From: a virus
Virus record (IMG/VR): IMGVR_UViG_3300032291_002123
Span: 1 to 64,000 of that record
Strand: one strand, 5' to 3'
DNA: 64,000 nucleotides
In this document: positions 30,801 through 40,100 of the stretch, piece by piece
Layout of the letters: the number at the start of each line of letters is the position of its first letter
Position numbering within the stretch: position 1 is the first letter of the stretch
Notes under the pieces: model-generated
The model's database searches: none
What the model was told of the DNA's origin: nothing
Seen by the model: only the letters and a program-made list of their open reading frames with translations
Program-made: the position numbers and the translations under genes

Positions 30801-33800
30801 CCTCGAGTTACCCTATTAGAAGTCAATCCCTCTTGAGCAAGTAGTTTGTCCATCTCAGCAATTAAGTCTGCTTTAGGGTTAGGCATTGCCTTTACTGCGT
30901 CAGCATTTGCCGTTCCACCGTTAATACCGTCTACGGTTGGAACAATCCACTTATTGTATTCTTTTGTTCCAATTTGACTGATAAGCGCTTGAACAATGGT
31001 TTTAGGCGCAAGGTATCCGATTTCTGGCTTGCCGTATTTTCTACCAAAATTCAGTTCAGCAAAATTTTCAGTCACAGGTTGCTTGTTGCTGCTAAGCGCA
31101 TTAACAAGAGAGTTTTTAAGTTCGTCTTCGCTAAACCTACGAGCCAAAATTTGGGAATCGTACTGCCAGCCATCAGGCTCGTCTTTGCCAAACAATTCTT
31201 TATAGTTAGTGAATTTAACAATAGGGACATTAAATTCAGTGTCGTCATTAATTAGTTCGGTGTTTTTACCAATAAGATTTAGCGGCTTTTCAGGCAGAGA
31301 AGTGTCACCGTAAGGGCTTCTCTTAACGGTCTTAAAAGAATCCTTAGCAAAAGGCTTAGGACGCTCTATACGATTGTCTACGTTATCTAGTTGTTCCTTG
31401 TTATTTTCTAACAAAGTAATAAGTTCGTCCCTAAAACTAATAACGTTTTCGTAAGTCTCGATGTTCCTTCTGCGGAAATAATCACCGATGTTAGGGTTTG
31501 CAGTTACCTGAGCGTCATACTTATCTTTAAAATCAGCAAGTTGACTTCTCTGCTCTTTAATAGCATTGATTACATCATCCGCTGACCTGCCGTCTTTGTA
31601 TGACATGTCAGTAATCATTCTTCTAAGAGAGTGAGAGTCTATTTCTCCCGCTTTTTTCTCAACGAAGTTTTTCATAAATGCAGGGTAATCTTCGCCAGCA
31701 ACAGGATTGTCGCCTCTTGTATAGTCGTTTCTGACTCTTTCCATTAATCCGTTAAAACCTTCGTCTACGGTGTAAAGAGGTCCTGTCATATCGCCAGAGC
31801 CAGTTCTATACCCAGTAGGGTCTAGTGGCAAGTCAAATCTCTCCAAACTTCTTTGGGTGCCGCCAAGTTTAAAAATTCTGTCTGATTTGAACCAGCCGTT
31901 ATCACGCATGACATCATAGATTGGAGCCTTCATCATCCAAAGAACTTTTTCCGCTTGACTTTTGTTGTGACGGTCAGGGTCTGCTGGGTCAATTCCCTTA
32001 GAGTTATTAGCGCCCATACCAGTTAAGGTACCGCTGTGGGCAAAGTGGCGACCAGACTTTTCTACAGCCAAACGTGCAAACGTAATGCTTGCTCCACCGA
32101 TACCGTCTTGTTGGTAACGAGGGTAGGTTTTCAACATGCCTGGAGTTACTGAATACTTAAAGTCAGCACCTCGGGCTGCTTCACCAGTCCAGTTAACGGA
32201 TACGTAACCTGCGTTAGCACCGATGCTTCCGTCTTTTTTAATAGTTTTTGTATAAGCAGTGCTGCCATCCCATTTCATAAAGTAGACTTTTCCACTCTTA
32301 GAAACGTATAAGCCTTCCATACTGACAACTTTTTCTTCGCCATTTTCGGCATCTCTGTTGTTAGCCGATGTGAGGATAGAATCCTCAAAAACTACAAAGT
32401 TACTAATGCGGTCTGCTTCTCCAGAGCCAAACCTATAGTCTTCTCCCCTAGCCTCTGAGTTGGCTACTAATTTTTGGATAGTTTTAGTGGTAGCAAAAGC
32501 CATGTTGTAGTTGAACTCGTAAGCACTAGTGTTGCCACCTTGCGCTGCAGACTTCAAGTTTTTCAGTGCGTTATTTCTAGCGGTTACTAGGCTTCTCAGA
32601 ATCGTTTTCTGAGAGTCGCTCAACTTACTGCGGTCAATAGTTCTGGTGTTTAGTTGGATATCTGCTAGTCGGTCACCAGCAATTGTTGCCGACATGTCTG
32701 GTTGGTTTTGCTCCAACTTTTCAAAGTTCATTGGTGCAGTTCTGACTAGTTCGCCTAGTCTGCTATTAAACGGGAACAGTGGATTCTCGTTAATTTCTAC
32801 TTCATGCCACTCTTCGTCTCTAGCCATTTGCGCCCAGATGTTGTCATACAAGGTTTTAAGAGCGGTTGTGTATTCTTCTGGAGTCTGAGCAAGTTCTGCT
32901 CTGTTATAGAAATAATCTATTTTGTCTGCGGTGAAAAACTCGGTAATGTCTTCGTCAGCGAGCATCTCATCGACCAGTTGCCTAAATTTCTGCAGGTGGG
33001 TGTCTTGGCTTGGGTTGTCGCCTAAGTCTTCGTCTCCGCCTTCAGGAGTAGAATCCATACGCTGAACTGACTCTGACTCTAAAGCGCTCGGCGCTGTTTT
33101 CTTAGCCTTGTTCTTCTTTACAACGTTGGCGATAGAGTCAACAAGTTGTGCAATGTCCCCGACCTCAAACTTGAGGTTTTCGTTCTTTAGGTAGCCGTTG
33201 ATTAGAGAGTTGGCAACCTGCTGCAAAGTGTCTACAGTCTGAGCAGTGCTGGTTGAGTTGGTTAGGTTAGAAATTACTTGGCTAACGTTAATTACGTTGT
33301 CTTTGTCTTTAGACAAAGTAGGAGACTTAAGCATGGCATCGCCTAGGTCGTCAACGTCTAGAGCAAAACTCTCTGTGCTTTCAATGCGAGGAGTGCCAGA
33401 ATCTGGATTAACGTTAGTGCTTAATGACTTACCAGCAGTTCTTCCATACCAATAAAGGTCTATGGCTGCTTCACTAGCCTCACTGCTTGAAGCAATTCCA
33501 AACACTCTATCCCTGCCACCAGAGTGATAGAAGTCGCTGTAGTCCATTCCTAGGTTAGAAAGTTTTTCTAGAGCAGAAGAAGTCTCTCCCTGAGCGAGAA
33601 GCCTATCGATTTCTGCGAAACGTTTTGCAAACTTACGTTGCTGCTTAGGGACACCATTAGCGCCGTTTATCAATAGTTCACGAGATGCTCTTACAAAATT
33701 CTTAGCGTCTTGATTTACATCCCCTGTTGCTGGAACGTTAATTAGTGCGTCAGAACTAGGAAGGATTTGTCCTAATTCTTTACCTCTATCCATTCGCTCA

Positions 33801-36484
33801 GAATAGACAGATGAAGGAATGACGCCATCGACTTTTAGTCGGTCTGCTGACCACTCATCTGGGATATTAGAGATTCCCTCAGTTCTGCGACCAACTCGGC
33901 TTTCTCCGCCAAGGTCTTCGTCTCCCAGTCGTCCGACAGAATCAACTCTGTCACGACTCTGTCTTGCGAGTTCACGTTGTTTTCTTGCTCTGCCACGGTC
34001 TCCAGTACCTCCTGTGTCGATGTATTGCTTGTTGCTTAGTTTAAATATACCTTGCTGGTTACGGTCTTGTCCAGCGGTTTCTGCTTCGGCTTGGTTAGCC
34101 TCAGGGAAAAGTTCGATAACGTCGAGAGTTACCTCGTTGTTGTCCTTGTCGTGCCAAGTGCCGAGTTTAAAGCCGTCACGGAACTTAGCCTTGTTGTCGT
34201 CTAGATACTTAGCAAGCGCCAAGTTACCTAGTTTTTCGTCAAAGAAAACTGTGTCTATAACTTCTTCGTTGTCTCCCTGTAAGGCTACAGAGATACCCTT
34301 ACGAGGCTGCTTCAAGGTCATAGGGTCTAGAGTTGCACCGCTTTTACGACCTGTAATCTTCTGAATGCTGTCTGCTTTACCAACTACTTTAGGTTTAGCA
34401 GCCTTGCCTTCGCCTTTATTTTTGAAGTGCTCTAGAAGAGAGTTAGCAAGGCGGTCATAAAGGTCAGCCTTGTCTACTTCACCGTTAGCGCCAGCCTCTT
34501 CAATGAGGTCAGACATATACATAGCGGTGTCACGTGCTTGCAGAATGTTTTCGTCTTCAGAGCCAGCGTTGTTGATGTCAATGCCAGAGTCTTCTAGTTT
34601 CTTAAGAACGCCATCTAAACCAGACTGCTCTGCCTCTAGACGAGCCTTTTCTGCTGGCTTCTTCTTGTTTACTTTGTCTATGTTACGCAGTGCAGTTGCA
34701 GCAGAAGTAATTCTGTTAGAAGCACCACGCTCTTCTGGGGATAGGAAGTTTTTGCGCTGTGACTCTTCGGCAAGAATCTTGTCTTGAGAATACTTAGGAG
34801 ACTTGTCTAGAAGAGGCTGAATGTCTGCGCTAGAAGCACCAGAATCAATTGCCTTTGCAATCTCGCCATCGGTGTCATAAACAGCCAAGTTTGACTTGGC
34901 GCTATCAATCAGACGCTCATTGTTATCAGCAATAATGTTCGGTGCTATTTCCTCGAACTGCTCTAGGCTATCTACTTGGTTGTTTGCGCCGTTGCCAATA
35001 ACAATTAGCCCTCTGCCTTGCGGCTTTGCGTAGAAAGAGTTTCCGTCAAGGATACCGATGGTTTCGTTTTCTTTGCCAACGACTGGATACCAAGCCATCT
35101 TGTCGTCGCTGCTAGGTGTGAACGTGCCCTCTAGAAGCGATTGAGCGACTGACTCATAAGCGGCAAACTTAGTGCTGAAGTTGTCAACTTCGTCAATCTT
35201 TGCCAACTCAGCGTCGACGTTCTTCTTAAGTTCAGCATCAGGGTTATCTCCGAATAGCGACTCTGCTAGTTCTGGATTTGCTTCGGTAATGGTGTCTTGG
35301 AAATTTTTACGGCGACGGTCATAGAAGTCGTCTTTAGGTGCTGGAGAACCTAGGTCTTCGTCAGCAGGTGTTTCTGAAGATTTCTTAGTTAATGAGTCTA
35401 GGTTGCGCTTGTATTGTTCGTAAGCGGCATTACCCTCTTTGCTTAAGTCGTTGCCGCCATTAATGCTTTCTTGGACGTCAATTCCGACTGGAGTTTCGAA
35501 GTCCCTTACGATTTCTTCGTACTCTTCTTCGCCTCTTTGAGTAATTTTCTTGTCAATCGTAATCATCACTGTGCCGAGGTCTGGCTCGTGAGTTACTGCA
35601 ACTACCTTGCCACCATTGTGCGCCAAATCTGGGTCTGACTCAGTGTCTCTGTTGTCTATTAAAACATCTCCGACAACTACATCTTTTGCTAATTTCTGTG
35701 CGGCATAGGCTACCTGAGGCTCTCTAGGTGCAGGTGCTTCTTCGGCTTCCTGCTCCTGAGGGAAAAACCTTTCTCTAAGTTTCTTAATTGACTCACTTTC
35801 CTTAGCCATATCCTCCGGTGTTGGACGACCACGTCCATCGATGTACCTAGGGTTGTTCGTCCACCAGTCATCTCGTATGTATTTAGACAAGTCAACATTT
35901 TGCTTTTGCATCTCTTCTAGGTCAGCCTCGTCAATCTGGGCAATGACTTTTTTGCTTTCGTAAGCAGGTGCATCTAGACGAGCCTTAACCTGAACGTCTT
36001 TTTCTTCGGCAGTTACAGGGTTGTCAATGACGTCTTGGTCTTCAGGAGTTAGGTCAGTTCGAACAAGGTCAGCAAACTTAGGGATGCCGTCGCTAGGAAC
36101 TAATCCCTTAACCTTGTTTCCGTTGACGTCGATGTTCTTAGAAACTAGGTAGTTCTCGTCTAGGGTGGCAGCAACCTGCTCGATTGACTCGCTAGGGAAT
36201 TCGTAGACGCCAGTACCTAGGATTGGGTCGTTGTTGACGTAAAAACGTCCATAACCCTCACGGTCAGAGTTTCCAAGGAACTTACCAACAGTAGAAGCAA
36301 TTTGACCTAGTTTGTCTAAGAAACTGAGTTTAGAGTCTCTACCCATCTCGACCCAGCGACCAAGACGGTCACGCAACTGACTCTTAACACGGAGGCTACG
36401 AGCGAGAGAAGAGTTGCCGCCAACGGCTACTAGAGACTTTAGTGGTGGAAGGTTGGAGTCTTTGCCCTGAGGGTCAACAGCCAT
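24884..36484 (-). CDS. Giant multidomain (polyvalent) head-region protein, 3866 aa: GNAT-like, HipA/PI3K-like kinase, zeta-like P-loop kinase, C-terminal RelA/SpoT-like domain
   Basis: GNAT-like YQQDGIG..HSGTLTGMG (~32.1 kb); kinase GGVN..KKYVVK..EIAAQAFY..N..IVRIDGGGAL (~29.8-30.2 kb); zeta-like FFLGGGPASGKG..IDPDTIK..HEESS..IVYDGTG (~26.1-26.75 kb); RelA/SpoT-like RLKTTDSLARK..DAIRYT..YRGIN..EFQMHT. Confidence 0.8.
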   Translation of the reverse strand: MAVDPQGKDSNLPPLKSLVAVGGNSSLARSLRVKSQLRDRLGRWVEMGRDSKLSFLDKLGQIASTVGKFLGNSDREGYGRFYVNNDPILGTGVYEFPSESIEQVAATLDENYLVSKNIDVNGNKVKGLVPSDGIPKFADLVRTDLTPEDQDVIDNPVTAEEKDVQVKARLDAPAYESKKVIAQIDEADLEEMQKQNVDLSKYIRDDWWTNNPRYIDGRGRPTPEDMAKESESIKKLRERFFPQEQEAEEAPAPREPQVAYAAQKLAKDVVVGDVLIDNRDTESDPDLAHNGGKVVAVTHEPDLGTVMITIDKKITQRGEEEYEEIVRDFETPVGIDVQESINGGNDLSKEGNAAYEQYKRNLDSLTKKSSETPADEDLGSPAPKDDFYDRRRKNFQDTITEANPELAESLFGDNPDAELKKNVDAELAKIDEVDNFSTKFAAYESVAQSLLEGTFTPSSDDKMAWYPVVGKENETIGILDGNSFYAKPQGRGLIVIGNGANNQVDSLEQFEEIAPNIIADNNERLIDSAKSNLAVYDTDGEIAKAIDSGASSADIQPLLDKSPKYSQDKILAEESQRKNFLSPEERGASNRITSAATALRNIDKVNKKKPAEKARLEAEQSGLDGVLKKLEDSGIDINNAGSEDENILQARDTAMYMSDLIEEAGANGEVDKADLYDRLANSLLEHFKNKGEGKAAKPKVVGKADSIQKITGRKSGATLDPMTLKQPRKGISVALQGDNEEVIDTVFFDEKLGNLALAKYLDDNKAKFRDGFKLGTWHDKDNNEVTLDVIELFPEANQAEAETAGQDRNQQGIFKLSNKQYIDTGGTGDRGRARKQRELARQSRDRVDSVGRLGDEDLGGESRVGRRTEGISNIPDEWSADRLKVDGVIPSSVYSERMDRGKELGQILPSSDALINVPATGDVNQDAKNFVRASRELLINGANGVPKQQRKFAKRFAEIDRLLAQGETSSALEKLSNLGMDYSDFYHSGGRDRVFGIASSSEASEAAIDLYWYGRTAGKSLSTNVNPDSGTPRIESTESFALDVDDLGDAMLKSPTLSKDKDNVINVSQVISNLTNSTSTAQTVDTLQQVANSLINGYLKNENLKFEVGDIAQLVDSIANVVKKNKAKKTAPSALESESVQRMDSTPEGGDEDLGDNPSQDTHLQKFRQLVDEMLADEDITEFFTADKIDYFYNRAELAQTPEEYTTALKTLYDNIWAQMARDEEWHEVEINENPLFPFNSRLGELVRTAPMNFEKLEQNQPDMSATIAGDRLADIQLNTRTIDRSKLSDSQKTILRSLVTARNNALKNLKSAAQGGNTSAYEFNYNMAFATTKTIQKLVANSEARGEDYRFGSGEADRISNFVVFEDSILTSANNRDAENGEEKVVSMEGLYVSKSGKVYFMKWDGSTAYTKTIKKDGSIGANAGYVSVNWTGEAARGADFKYSVTPGMLKTYPRYQQDGIGGASITFARLAVEKSGRHFAHSGTLTGMGANNSKGIDPADPDRHNKSQAEKVLWMMKAPIYDVMRDNGWFKSDRIFKLGGTQRSLERFDLPLDPTGYRTGSGDMTGPLYTVDEGFNGLMERVRNDYTRGDNPVAGEDYPAFMKNFVEKKAGEIDSHSLRRMITDMSYKDGRSADDVINAIKEQRSQLADFKDKYDAQVTANPNIGDYFRRRNIETYENVISFRDELITLLENNKEQLDNVDNRIERPKPFAKDSFKTVKRSPYGDTSLPEKPLNLIGKNTELINDDTEFNVPIVKFTNYKELFGKDEPDGWQYDSQILARRFSEDELKNSLVNALSSNKQPVTENFAELNFGRKYGKPEIGYLAPKTIVQALISQIGTKEYNKWIVPTVDGINGGTANADAVKAMPNPKADLIAEMDKLLAQEGLTSNRVTRGLPEAELRGMEDSSYDTVAQVVNSVRKPNQFRNNNGIPRFPLLSNNEVFDLDDGQDNVLGGTYNPNSVDATQKRLDGGASSAAYIANNFDGKALEDGFVDALNNRRLSVQLRFNDTSYVQTTDILAIRDALQYQGVDTNELVKKRVTSLRQPVDEAALNQVGLMTPESVSSIIAHANTEIDLDSFISLPGEISGGVNAPFLMQDPATGKKYVVKSFDISEDDSWGWRAKDQEIAAQAFYRAMGVRASKPQRGTRDLGFAGLRQEFVVTEFIPAATDGTTYDRALHWDSDPKNPILEAVRHGLPADILLDHIDGPFNSTNTVIDENGNIVRIDGGGALMWDPIPDQGPKGPDGRERRLAGGRDKWLRTATPEQKALMDAAIRDGSFEGEGVNFSLDFFLNPNGWHWLPGYNGRKRILEGLTDDQMKQYTRATVLPLTPDKINAISEIIRDPNDRSRIATALIARRKAILDRYGIEDDYSRADEVSRPSQEQVSRFFDLVNAKITDDKMKEAYLAEFYNQQQAGKITAAELDNRIAALQTLEKEPVSTALDATTEETNKFVELAYALYPEDREKRDAILDGFARRPMDVRSGPWIRNKISEMQAMLAERTQPATSAADAVNEIEDARNNAIQNGVDTTIYGAHPEDSNPISKLVADLKFGDILVGTNEDGRLREEGRVVFNSVGSDGRRTVAYVDATKKVKFRTYAGDDTTTLELTYAYGKEARPMQSDIEEGAQNREARNDYQNQHVARSTAILQDIKNTYPKHVELENGDLIVSSRDFTTAGGDTYKYEIVVHRKPNEDFVTYVRETPINAAGEVIGTTTVNKISVSTHSSTHLKNQIAPLIRGNTSGKGVFGRNPRNWFNQGNNRQAEVIHPGTGLPIPRSLAPEQLDTKYIGNTGIKATGDATKDALIGYVADLVDRKVDTGSLLLRLSSQNIVSRSQINDIIERIQANRAFPGVNQIPYMSRDGENIVRVGDRVRHYAADGTIKEGIVRKRRPLSVNQKPGGTYSYSDVLVVKFDGRAQGTPIVAKHLEILRRADGSPASISGEQPEVITEPPFLPLPQSVLDAGVTVEDVDNNVRVYKSASTGRSGRITKMPRAYASQDDSYSTQLWMSGEGQSYLPAYSTQIFSDRNIAQAAVLNWLSDDPTKPEPDFEFPRSAQNPEDEDLGDSVSRVVVDQPPASKFMQLAQDNMIEENNVLEDGSFNISFNSIDGVPDGTLPIYHVSKTKILKSKKIAYWLDPKDLGDKEKATYIKVPRTASDEEIKQIILKNAEDRLLFASETENGKNTYRLTLDDGTVLEDELDYEAYNSMFSSTVTGGHMVRDGKGNLVFDEDRVKAQKKIIEKLLAGIEPPKGRKPKMFFLGGGPASGKGGFTKYDKKTGKPGELAKKYGIPPVREIDDVTGEEAAMPAGLTPGAVVIDPDTIKILLPEVREMHARQMMRRVEKSLGLRAIFRTGEEDGKWAENSHEESSMLAKMLQQAALQRGLDIVYDGTGDGKRKSIEKKLVEAKKKDYDTVGLYMTTDLPVAIGSAKLRKDRTGRHVPGTTQNDIYFTLSNLLNPDNPDGNVASLFDSWNLIYRQPKEVDKATGDVIKPDAYIDVAHTNESGELKYDQPALWSSFMGLSKLSKEEIEGVVAKGEEFYREKKAERQREERIRLREAGKNKIEASDLEDSDPRVLEIRSAIATLSTQTGLTTQAIAQNRELLSMILDNAPISEINARANEIRNGRTNGSNQDVFKKIEIPPLVKEEPIKKTYSPEAVEAAKKVRSRAEQLEPEITNTMVTLANYFKGDLTSLANRLKTTDSLARKIEGDAVNEYNGNFDLAAEKLSDAIRYTMVVDNARYTEATSALINRFEDMGYKVIPKNFWEPKNSYKNTYRGINMKLTKNGVTVEFQMHTPESLKIKSELHPILKQYRVINIDKNNIDPNLLKRKELLYEQMIGIAGKIPDPEGYGKLLKLGKLTEQRFRLEAG

Positions 36485-36555
36485 GAAATTAACTCCTGGT
36501 TAGTTAAACTGCGTAGTTGTATAACCTAAAGTATAGCAATCAAATAGTGTGCTTA

Positions 36556-36954
36556 TTATTCAACAGCGCCATCCGGCAAAGTTGTGTAGCGACTAATGTC
36601 AGGGTAATTGCCTTCATACTTAAAAGGTGCATAATTATTATACACCTCTCCGATGGCTAGCATTACAGACACAGGGTCATTAATGTCTTTTGGATAGCGA
36701 CCAAAGTGCGAGAACTGAATGTATTTATCTTCTTCTGGCACTCCGTCGCCCAAGTCATTAACGTTTGGGTTTAAGAACCACCTGACATTGAAGTCATTAA
36801 TTTTTCCTTCACCGTCAATCTGGTAATACTCAATCACCTGTGAGTTATTTAAGGTGACAGTCCATCGGCTTTTTTCTAGGCTGCCGTCTTTAACTGCGGC
36901 ATCGTATTTCTTTTGGTCATCTCGAAGTTTCTTTTCAAATTCTTTGTCGTCCAT
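36556..36954 (-). CDS. Hypothetical acidic protein, candidate immunity protein
   Basis: 132 aa; translationally coupled to the preceding small gene. Confidence 0.6.
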   Translation of the reverse strand: MDDKEFEKKLRDDQKKYDAAVKDGSLEKSRWTVTLNNSQVIEYYQIDGEGKINDFNVRWFLNPNVNDLGDGVPEEDKYIQFSHFGRYPKDINDPVSVMLAIGEVYNNYAPFKYEGNYPDISRYTTLPDGAVE

Positions 36955-37169
36955 TATTTTGAATCCTTAAATGCTTGGGGAAACGCTTCTTTGGCGGTTT
37001 TCTCGTCTACTTCCTCAAGCCAGCCGTCACCTAGGACTAAAAACTTAGATACGGTGTCGGTATCACTCCAGCGAGTTTTATACCAAGACTGCTCTATACC
37101 AGATTTTAGGTCAAAACGGTAGACATTGATTGGAATGCCGCCCGAATTGGTCGAAAAGAAATATCTCAT
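36954..37169 (-). CDS. Putative immunity protein for the RelA/SpoT-like domain (paralog of 24645..24869)
   Basis: 71 aa, immediately after the 2976-aa ORF; clear paralog of 24645..24869. Confidence 0.7.
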   Translation of the reverse strand: MRYFFSTNSGGIPINVYRFDLKSGIEQSWYKTRWSDTDTVSKFLVLGDGWLEEVDEKTAKEAFPQAFKDSK

Positions 37170-37178
37170 GTTTTTATC

Positions 37179-40100
37179 CTACAACTCAAACTGTTGTTGC
37201 ACAAGGGTTCCGATGTTCAATAATTCATCATAGTTATCTGGGTTTGGAATCTGAGAGGCAATACCAATCATTTTTTCCCAAAAAAGCATTTTTGCGTCTA
37301 ATTTATCTAGGTCTTGACCTTTTTCGGTGTCAATTTTTCTATATTCTTCGTAGATTTCGTGTAGTTGGTCTACCTTAATTTGTAGTGATTCAGGGGTATG
37401 CATTTGGAACTCAACGGTTACGCCATTCTTGGTGAGTTTCATGTTGATGCCTTGATAGGGGTCTCCACCCTCCCAGAAGTTCTTAACCCTAACTTCATAG
37501 CCCATCTGCTCAAATCGAGCAATTACTCTACGAACTGAGTCTGTGTACCTAGAGCCATCTACCGTCATGGTATAGCGAATGGAGTCAGACACCTTTTCTG
37601 CTGACTGGTCTATGTCGCCTTCGAAATCTTTGTTAGCGTCATCCTTGATTTTACGAGCCAACGAGTCTGTGCTCTTTAGACGCTGGTCTAACTGGTCTAA
37701 GTCACCGTCAAGAGTTTCAGCCAAAGTGGTCATAATCTTGGTAACTTCAGGTTCCATCTGCTCGGCAAGTTTTCTTACCTTCTTAGCAGCCTCTACTGCT
37801 TTGGGGTCACGGTCTTTTTCAAGCGGTGGCTCTTCAGCAAGAGGCGGAATTTCAATCTTCTTTTTAGTGGCAGTTCTATAAGTTCCTAGGTCTTCATCTT
37901 TATTTTCGCCTTGAGACTGAACTCTATCGGTTTCTGTTGAAGGGTCGACTACAATTATAGCCGAGGTATTGTAGATAACGTAATCTCCAGAAAATCTACT
38001 CCATCCTTCACCTGAAACAGCCCCGTTGCCGTCTGCTGCAAAAACTACAAATGGGGCGTCTGAGTCATACATATACTTATCCCCGTATCTATCAGCAACT
38101 TCCCTTCTCAAGGCGGTTCTATCTTTGTAACTTCTTAGTAGTTCATTAGGGACGAGCATTTCCATAACTGAATAACCTTCCGAACTTGCAAACTGAGATG
38201 CTCTGCTATAGTTTGTAGAAACGTAAGTTCCAGGACCGATAACGCCATTTCCAATAAACGGCTTACCGTCAACTAACTCTTGAGAAGCATTATTGGGAGC
38301 ACCCCTAAAAATTCTTGTCAGCCCCAGTTGAGCAGCGCTATTCCAAAGTTCTCTAAATTCATCTTTTGTTACGCCTATTGCTGGTTTATCCCACCCTTGA
38401 GCCTCGATAACTTCTTTCATTTTTCTAAAATCTGTCTTATATCCATTGTTTTTTGGATTGTCTTCTTCTTGCCCCCTATTCATAGGATATGAACCTAAGT
38501 CAATCTTCTTTCCGATTTTTGCTCTTTGGACGGCTTCATCAGCAACGGCATTTAAATCTTTAGGAGTAGGTGAGCCTAAGTCCTCGTCAGTGGGGGTCTG
38601 TGAAGATTGAACCTTGCCAGCAAATTTTTCTCCGTCATCAGTTAGGTTCGAACTGTGGTAAATAGGCATTCCAGCATTTGTTCTAGCAAACTCTAGAATC
38701 GCTGTAGCGAGACCCCTACGTTGGAAATCTTCGTCAACTTCAATCATGTTAATAGTAGAGAAAGGCTTGAATTCATCAAAATTAGGGTCGTCTAAAGAAC
38801 TACCGCCTATGGCATCGGGCCACCAGCGTCTTGAACCGTCAGGTAGGGTCTCTGAGGGAGGCTCTGCATAAGTGACTAATGCTACAGGATTTATGTCTAC
38901 TTCTCCATTAGGTTCATACGGGTACGCTAGCACTTTGCCATATCGTAGTTCTTCTCCACGCTGATTAATACTCCATCTATCGTCTCTAACTAACTGGAAT
39001 CGATTACCGTCGGCGTCAGTGTATTCGCCAGTTTCGGTGATATTTTTGCGTTTACCTTCTTCCGAGATTTCAGTTTCTAGGTTGTTATCAGACTTAACAC
39101 GCTTTCTAATTCTTTTTTGGGGAGTTAGGTCTGCGTCCTTGTCTTGGAATACAAGAGTAAATTCTTCGCCTAGGTCTTCTTCCATAACTTGGCTAGAAGA
39201 TTGGACAGCGTCTGCGAAGCGAGACCCAGATGGAGTTCTGGTTGCGTCGTGATAGATAGGCATGCCAGCGTTGGTTCGGGCAAACTCCATCATTGCAGTA
39301 GCAATACCTTCACGCTGTAGGGAGTCGTCTACTTCAACCCAGTCGACGGTAGTGAACGGCTTGGTGTTATCAATTCTCACATTTTCTGAAGAGCCACCGA
39401 CCTCGGTTTCATCCCACCTTAGTTTTTCTCTAGAGTTATCGTCGACTATGTAATAAGACTTTGCTTCAGAGTAGTAGAACGAGCCAATGGGCCAAGGGTC
39501 AACTTCCGTTGGCTCGATGAAAGAACCTGCGCCTGTGTCGTAAGCACCTTCGGCAGGTAGATATGCCTCTACGCTTCCTCTGCTTAAATACTCTCTGCCT
39601 TCATTGTCGATGTCCCACTGGTCATGGCGAGACAGGATAATCTTTTTGCCATCCTTGGTAACGTATTCACCAGTCTCGGTGACGGTTCTAACCTTAGGGA
39701 ACTCTTTGTTGGCAAACTGACCGCTTAGGTCTAGTTCTCTAACGCTGCTTTTTAGGTCATTGTTAGATTTAATGCGACTCTTAATTTCTTCTTGAGCGAG
39801 TCTTTTTTCCTCAGGTATCTTGCTTGTCACCCTTTCGAACAGAGCCTGAGAAGGAGAGACTCTGTCACGGACATCGCCGAGGTCTTCATCGAGAACTTGA
39901 GCAGGAGATTGGACTCCTGCAGCAAACTCCCTACCATCTTCGCTTAAGTGCTTGCTGTGGTAGATAGGGAAGTCAGTGTCGCTGCGAGCCGCTTCTAGCA
40001 TTGCAGTTGCTAGCCCACGGCGTCTGAACTCATATCTTACTAAAATGCCAGAAATTGTGTAGTAAGGCTTGTCTTCATCCACTTGGCTTATGTTGACGTC

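Noticed and set aside
24884-37870. Housekeeping RelA/SpoT (p)ppGpp synthetase annotation
   Set aside because: No hydrolase or regulatory domains, the motifs diverge from DxxGxR/GYxSxH/EIQIRT, and the context is toxin-immunity.
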